A DNA stretch of 64,000 bases from positions 10,618 through 74,617 of the forward strand of contig JAPLXC010000002.1 of assembly GCA_026396275.1 (NCBI GenBank). Direction: 5' to 3'. Shown here piece after piece: positions 60,014 through 64,000 of this stretch. Origin of the DNA: Candidatus Moraniibacteriota bacterium (lineage in GTDB: Bacteria; Patescibacteriota; Minisyncoccia; Moranbacterales; JAPLXC01). Position 1 is the first letter of the stretch. Every line of letters begins with the position of its first letter. The translations under genes were made by a program, and so were the position numbers. Below the pieces are notes generated by a model. The model searched no databases. It had not been told where the DNA came from and saw nothing but the letters and a program-made list of their open reading frames with translations.

Positions 60014-60982
60014 ATGAAGAAAATAAACTATCTGGAAATACTTAAAAAGTCCTGGAAAATTACCTGGAGCAACAGGTATCTCTGGTGGTTTGGATTTTTT
60101 TTGGCTCTGGGAAAAGGCGGAGTGAATTTTAATCTTCCTTTAAACTGGAACAATCAGGAAAGCAAAAAGGAAGAGGAATTTATCCGTGTTTTTAACGATT
60201 TTATGGCTGGATACTGGGAATGGCTGCTGGCGGGCCTGCTTTTTATGATAGTTCTAATGCTCGTGATAGTTGTCTTAAAAATCATCAGCCGGGCGGGACT
60301 AATTAAGGGAGCGGCGGAAATTGAAAAAGGGAAAGCATTTAGTTTTAAAGAGGGATTTCTTCAAGGAAAAAAATATTTTTGGAAGATATTCCTTACTGGT
60401 TTTCTGATTGCCTTCTTTCTGATCGGGATAATAATCACTCTTTTTTCTCCAGTGGCTTTTCTTATCTATCTTAAGTCCTATATCTTAGCTGTGATTTTAG
60501 GATTTCTGGCAGTTCTTCTGATTATCGCGCTGGCAATTTTGGTCTCTTTTATCAAGGAATACGCATATATTTACTTAGTCCTTTCCAATCTTAGCGTTAG
60601 GTCTTCACTGGAAAACGCCTACCAGCTTTTTCGCCGCAATATCTGGCCGAGTGTTATTATGATGCTGATTTTCATCCCTATCGGACTCGCGATAGGTATT
60701 GCTGCGATGCTTCTTCTTCTGACGCTGGTCTTGGTTTTCCTGATAATCGGACTTGCGGCTTATCTAATTCTGGCTAAAATTGGCGTTATTTTGACCGTTA
60801 TTCTGGGGTCTTTGGTTTTTCTGGCTCTCGTTTTGCTCCTGCAGTCGATCTTTGAGACCTTCCGCCAGGTCGCCTGGGTGCTGTTTTTCAAAGAAATTGC
60901 TTCAGTAAAAGTTGAGGAAGAAGTAACTGAAAAAGAAACAGTAAAAACCGCAGAAAAGGTCTTGGACGCGGGAGAAGCGTGA
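60014..60982 (+). CDS. Multi-pass membrane protein
   Basis: About six TM helices; W...W....LW.FG pattern. Confidence 0.8.
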   Translation: MKKINYLEILKKSWKITWSNRYLWWFGFFLALGKGGVNFNLPLNWNNQESKKEEEFIRVFNDFMAGYWEWLLAGLLFMIVLMLVIVVLKIISRAGLIKGAAEIEKGKAFSFKEGFLQGKKYFWKIFLTGFLIAFFLIGIIITLFSPVAFLIYLKSYILAVILGFLAVLLIIALAILVSFIKEYAYIYLVLSNLSVRSSLENAYQLFRRNIWPSVIMMLIFIPIGLAIGIAAMLLLLTLVLVFLIIGLAAYLILAKIGVILTVILGSLVFLALVLLLQSIFETFRQVAWVLFFKEIASVKVEEEVTEKETVKTAEKVLDAGEA

Positions 60983-61100
60983 GATCATGGAACATATAGC
61001 ATGAAACATGTAACATTAACAGGGAAAGATTTTACAAAACAGGAATTGGTAGATTAGTAAAGAAATTCATATTAAGAGCGATGAAAAGTTTAAGTAAATC

Positions 61101-61163
61101 GGGCAATTAGCTCAGTTGGTTACCCGCCCGAACGTACCGTCGTTCGGTACGGGCGGGGAGTGC
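61101..61163 (+). pseudogene. tRNA 5' part (acceptor + D arm) with a 35-bp hairpin inserted in the D loop
   Basis: GGGCAAT-TA-GCTC-AGTTGGTTA[35 bp]GAGT-GC; GGGCAAT pairs with ATTGCCC at 61657-61663. Confidence 0.75.
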
Positions 61164-61170
61164 TATATTT

Positions 61171-61431
61171 ATGTATACCGTATACGTGTTACAAGACAAA
61201 GAAGGAAAATTTTACAAAGGTGTTACAAATAATATTAAGCGCCGACTCTATGAACATAAACAGGGCAAAACAAAAACTACAAGAAAGATGGACGAGTTAA
61301 AAATTGTTTACACAGAAAAATACAAAAACTTTAAAGAAGTGAGAAGAAGAGAAGTTTATTTTAAAACTGCAGCAGGAAGAAGATTTTTAAAGAAAATATT
61401 AAATAAAAGGGCGACTAGCTCAGCTGGTTAG
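61171..61431 (+). CDS. GIY-YIG nuclease overlapping the 5' end of tRNA-Val
   Basis: YTVYVL....FYKG.T.N..RRL.EH..G....T, RE.YFK...GR. Confidence 0.88.
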   Translation: MYTVYVLQDKEGKFYKGVTNNIKRRLYEHKQGKTKTTRKMDELKIVYTEKYKNFKEVRRREVYFKTAAGRRFLKKILNKRATSSAG

Positions 61432-61482
61432 AGCGTCACATTGACATTGTGAAGGTCACAGGTTCAAGTCCTGTGTCGCCCA
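61409..61482 (+). tRNA. tRNA-Val(GAC), intact, CCA not encoded
   Basis: GGGCGAC/GTCGCCC acceptor, GCTC/GAGC D stem, TCACA-TTGACAT-TGTGA anticodon arm, ACAGG-TTCAAGT-CCTGT T arm. Confidence 0.95.
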
Positions 61483-61586
61483 CTTAGTTCAGTTGGTTAC
61501 CCGCCCGAACGTACCGTCGTTCGGTACGGGCGGGGAGCGCTTCGTTGACATCGAAGAGGTCTGCAGTTCGAGTCTGCACAAGCCCA
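61483..61586 (+). pseudogene. tRNA-Val(GAC)-like copy lacking its 5' acceptor strand, with the same 35-bp D-loop insertion
   Basis: CTTCG-TTGACAT-CGAAG anticodon arm, TGCAG-TTCGAGT-CTGCA T arm, 3' CAAGCCCA with no GGGCTTG partner. Confidence 0.8.
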
Positions 61587-61600
61587 CTTGTTTATATATA

Positions 61601-61664
61601 GGCAATTTTAGAGTGCCCCGATGTAACATCGGGGAGGTCGCTGGTTCGATTCCAGCATTGCCCA
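61601..61664 (+). pseudogene. tRNA 3' part / D-arm-deleted tRNA with an abnormal anticodon loop
   Basis: GGCAATT-TTAGAGTG-CCCCG-ATGTAACAT-CGGGG-AGGTC-GCTGG-TTCGATT-CCAGC-ATTGCCCA. Confidence 0.75.
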
Positions 61665-61672
61665 CTCAAAAT

Positions 61673-61699
61673 AAAAATCGCCACCTTTGGCGATTTTTT
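61673..61699. terminator. Bidirectional intrinsic terminator
   Basis: AAAAATCGCCA-CCTT-TGGCGATTTTTT between convergent units. Confidence 0.75.
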
Positions 61700-61730
61700 G
61701 TATTGGCAATTTAGCAATGTAACAAATCAA

Positions 61731-62873
61731 TTAATATCTCGGTTTAAACAACGACCCCGGTCCCTGTTGGTTCATTGTATTTCTAACTTGATTCATCATA
61801 TTAGCGTCAACGTTGCGAATTTCCCGGTTAATTTGGGTCTGGACCATACCCACCCCGCTGCGGATAGTGGTAGTTATGACTCGATTGATAGTTGACATCA
61901 CTATTGCCCCTAAAAGTTCAGCCGGATTAGTAGTACCGGCAATAATTTTATTCCCCAAGTCTTGGACGTTGGATTGAATATCTTTTATGGTGCTTCCGGG
62001 AGTAATTACCATTCCTCCGGAGGTCCTAGCCAGATATCCCTGATAAGCAATCGCTTGAATTTCCGCTTTTTTTCTTTCCTCCTCCAGTTTTCTTTGGTAT
62101 TCAGCTTGAGCCATTAAAGAATATCCGAAGGGATTATTGGCGGGGTTAGAGATAAAGGCACTGAAGGCCCGCCAGTTGCCTTGGGCAAACATTTGAGATG
62201 GATCAGACGTGTACTCTTGCAAAGTGACCTGTGGAATTCCGCCTCCCATCGTGGCTTGCCTGGCTTGATTCTCGAGATAAGTGAAATAGCTTCCGGTAGC
62301 AGAACCGCCCCCTATTCCTCCTCCCGAACCCGTACCGATGCATTCTCCCGCTCCCGTAACTTGATCAAATGAACAATTATTACTACAACATTCACTGGAA
62401 GCAGAGCAGCTATCACCTTCATTCTTACACATTGATTGGTTTGATATACACTCATTTCCCTCTGCATCCCAAGTATAATTGGCGGGACAGTAGTTGGATG
62501 TTGATGACCTACCGCCGGTAGTAAGTGTGAAAAAGTCGTTAAGATAAAACTCGGTATTTCTCGCGGGGTTAGTATAGAGAAACTGCTGCCAGTCAGTGAT
62601 AAACATCGCGTTTCCCATTCCGGTTCCCCCAATCAGATTTCCCACTTGGGTATTCATCATCTGAAGAGCTGTCATTTTTAAAGATCCCAAGATTGCCCCT
62701 TCAATCTCGCGCTGGATTACCTCCATAGTTTGCTTCAAAACAGCGGCTGCTATATCTTCTCCCCAAACGCCAGCTTGTGCTCGAGGAACATTATTAAAAG
62801 CAAAGAAAAAAGAAGCGAGGACTAGGACAAAAACAACAGCTGCTCCTTTTACTTTTTTGTTCGTTGGCTGCAT
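61731..62873 (-). CDS. Secreted hypothetical protein with a Cys-rich insert
   Basis: Signal peptide (AQA); FITDW, NP.NNP.G, TPG..I. Confidence 0.8.
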   Translation of the reverse strand: MQPTNKKVKGAAVVFVLVLASFFFAFNNVPRAQAGVWGEDIAAAVLKQTMEVIQREIEGAILGSLKMTALQMMNTQVGNLIGGTGMGNAMFITDWQQFLYTNPARNTEFYLNDFFTLTTGGRSSTSNYCPANYTWDAEGNECISNQSMCKNEGDSCSASSECCSNNCSFDQVTGAGECIGTGSGGGIGGGSATGSYFTYLENQARQATMGGGIPQVTLQEYTSDPSQMFAQGNWRAFSAFISNPANNPFGYSLMAQAEYQRKLEEERKKAEIQAIAYQGYLARTSGGMVITPGSTIKDIQSNVQDLGNKIIAGTTNPAELLGAIVMSTINRVITTTIRSGVGMVQTQINREIRNVDANMMNQVRNTMNQQGPGSLFKPRY

Positions 62874-62887
62874 AAGCAGAGAATTTT

Positions 62888-63901
62888 TTATAATTCAATA
62901 GGAATTTCGCTAATCCCGTAATCTTTTAATTTTTGCTGAACATCTCCGGAAAGTTGGCTAACAAATTCCATAAATCCGCCTATCTTAGAAAGAGAAACGA
63001 TATTGGCCACGGGGTCATCCTGTTCTGGTTTCACTTCTTGTTCCAATTGAGGCGCTAGAAGCGCTAGTTGCAGGCCGCGTTTGTGAATTTCAATAAGATT
63101 GGCCGGGACTTCAACCTCCTCGAGTTGTTCCAGGACTTCTGATTCCTTTTTAACCAAGGAGTCAAGATAGGAAAAGTTGCCAGATGAAATAGCAGAAGTA
63201 ACTTTGGAAGAAAACGCACTAGATGCTTCATTTAGATCGTCTGGTGATTTTATTTCCTCCGGAGAGTTGTTAACGAGAATATAAGAAAGTGCCGTCAGGT
63301 ATTCAAGAGCGTCTTGACGCTCCTTTTCCAAACGCGCCGATTCAGAAAGCTTTGAATAGTTTTGTTTTTTTATTTTAATTGTGCTTTTATCAATTTCCGG
63401 AAGATCTAACTCGTTTGTATTTTGCTGAAGAGCATTATTAATGATAGCGTCAATATTTTCAAGAGTAATTTCCTGATTTTCGGGGGTAAGATTATTCACT
63501 GAAGCAGCGATCTGCTGGGAAAGTTCCTCGGTCAAATTTTTTTCCTCATTAGTAGCAGTTATGTTGCCACTTTCTTCATTGCTGTTGCTTTCCAATTGCT
63601 TACTGCTTACCGCTTGTTGCTTGCCGCTTATCACTACTTTATCCCCCGGCGCTGGTTTCAAGGGATCATAGCCGCTTTTTACTTCCGTACCGTCGGAATA
63701 GCCATCACCGTCAGTGTCGCGATTAAAAGGATCAGTTCCATAGGATTTTTCTTCTTCATCACTTAATCCATCCTGATCAGAGTCCTGAAAAATGTTTTTA
63801 GCGCTTCCCGAATTTTCCTGAGCCACGGTAAAAAACGCGAAACTGGCAACGCACAACCCCGCAAATATCAGAAGCGTTATTTTGGTGTGATTTAATTTCA
63901 C
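62888..63901 (-). CDS. Secreted/anchored protein with bacterial TSP3-like Ca-binding repeats
   Basis: DSDQDGLSD.EE..YGTDP...DTDGDGYSD..EV..GYDP. Confidence 0.8.
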   Translation of the reverse strand: MKLNHTKITLLIFAGLCVASFAFFTVAQENSGSAKNIFQDSDQDGLSDEEEKSYGTDPFNRDTDGDGYSDGTEVKSGYDPLKPAPGDKVVISGKQQAVSSKQLESNSNEESGNITATNEEKNLTEELSQQIAASVNNLTPENQEITLENIDAIINNALQQNTNELDLPEIDKSTIKIKKQNYSKLSESARLEKERQDALEYLTALSYILVNNSPEEIKSPDDLNEASSAFSSKVTSAISSGNFSYLDSLVKKESEVLEQLEEVEVPANLIEIHKRGLQLALLAPQLEQEVKPEQDDPVANIVSLSKIGGFMEFVSQLSGDVQQKLKDYGISEIPIEL

Positions 63902-64000
63902 GCCTTTATTATATCACTAGTGAAATTATACAACAAGAAGTTTTAAAAAGAAATGAAAATCCCCGCCTTTTGAATAAGTGCTAGGCGGGGATCATTTTTT

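Noticed and set aside
61123-61610. Group I intron with homing endonuclease in a tRNA
   Set aside because: No P7/conserved core is visible. The interval is fully explained by the hairpins, the ORF and the tRNA copies, and the break is in the D-arm region rather than the anticodon loop.
61493-61714. 73-aa ORF in the track
   Set aside because: It is a translation of tRNA-derived and hairpin sequence.
1-64000. CRISPR array, prophage, integrase or IS transposase
   Set aside because: No regularly spaced repeat-spacer array and no cas, phage, integrase, DDE or HUH motifs were seen.

Overview
This is a bacterial chromosome segment that spans the replication origin (dnaN-oriC-dnaA / rpmH-rnpA-yidC-jag). 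Gene content and style point to a Patescibacteria/CPR (Parcubacteria-like) genome; this assignment is inference. Most of the window is housekeeping: PBP1A, ruvC/yebC/ruvB, tsaE, polA, mutM, holA, rpsT, pnp, rpsO, gyrA, S1, gmk, tilS and ftsH. It also carries a triple ATP-grasp ligase operon, a tandem double PilB-type ATPase, a surface-glycan locus and a pilin/secreted-protein cluster. The most unusual signal is non-coding. (1) Two small GIY-YIG nuclease genes are each bracketed by a different family of short palindromes, and orphan copies of both families are scattered through the window, including in-frame inside proteins, nested in other repeats and inside tRNA D-loops. (2) A nested, scrambled tRNA-Val locus at 61.1-61.7 kb is built around one of these nucleases. 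(3) A roughly 530-nt ORF-less, hairpin-rich unit at 43.9-44.5 kb has its own consensus promoter and terminator. All calls come from reading the sequence by eye; no searches or folding programs were run.
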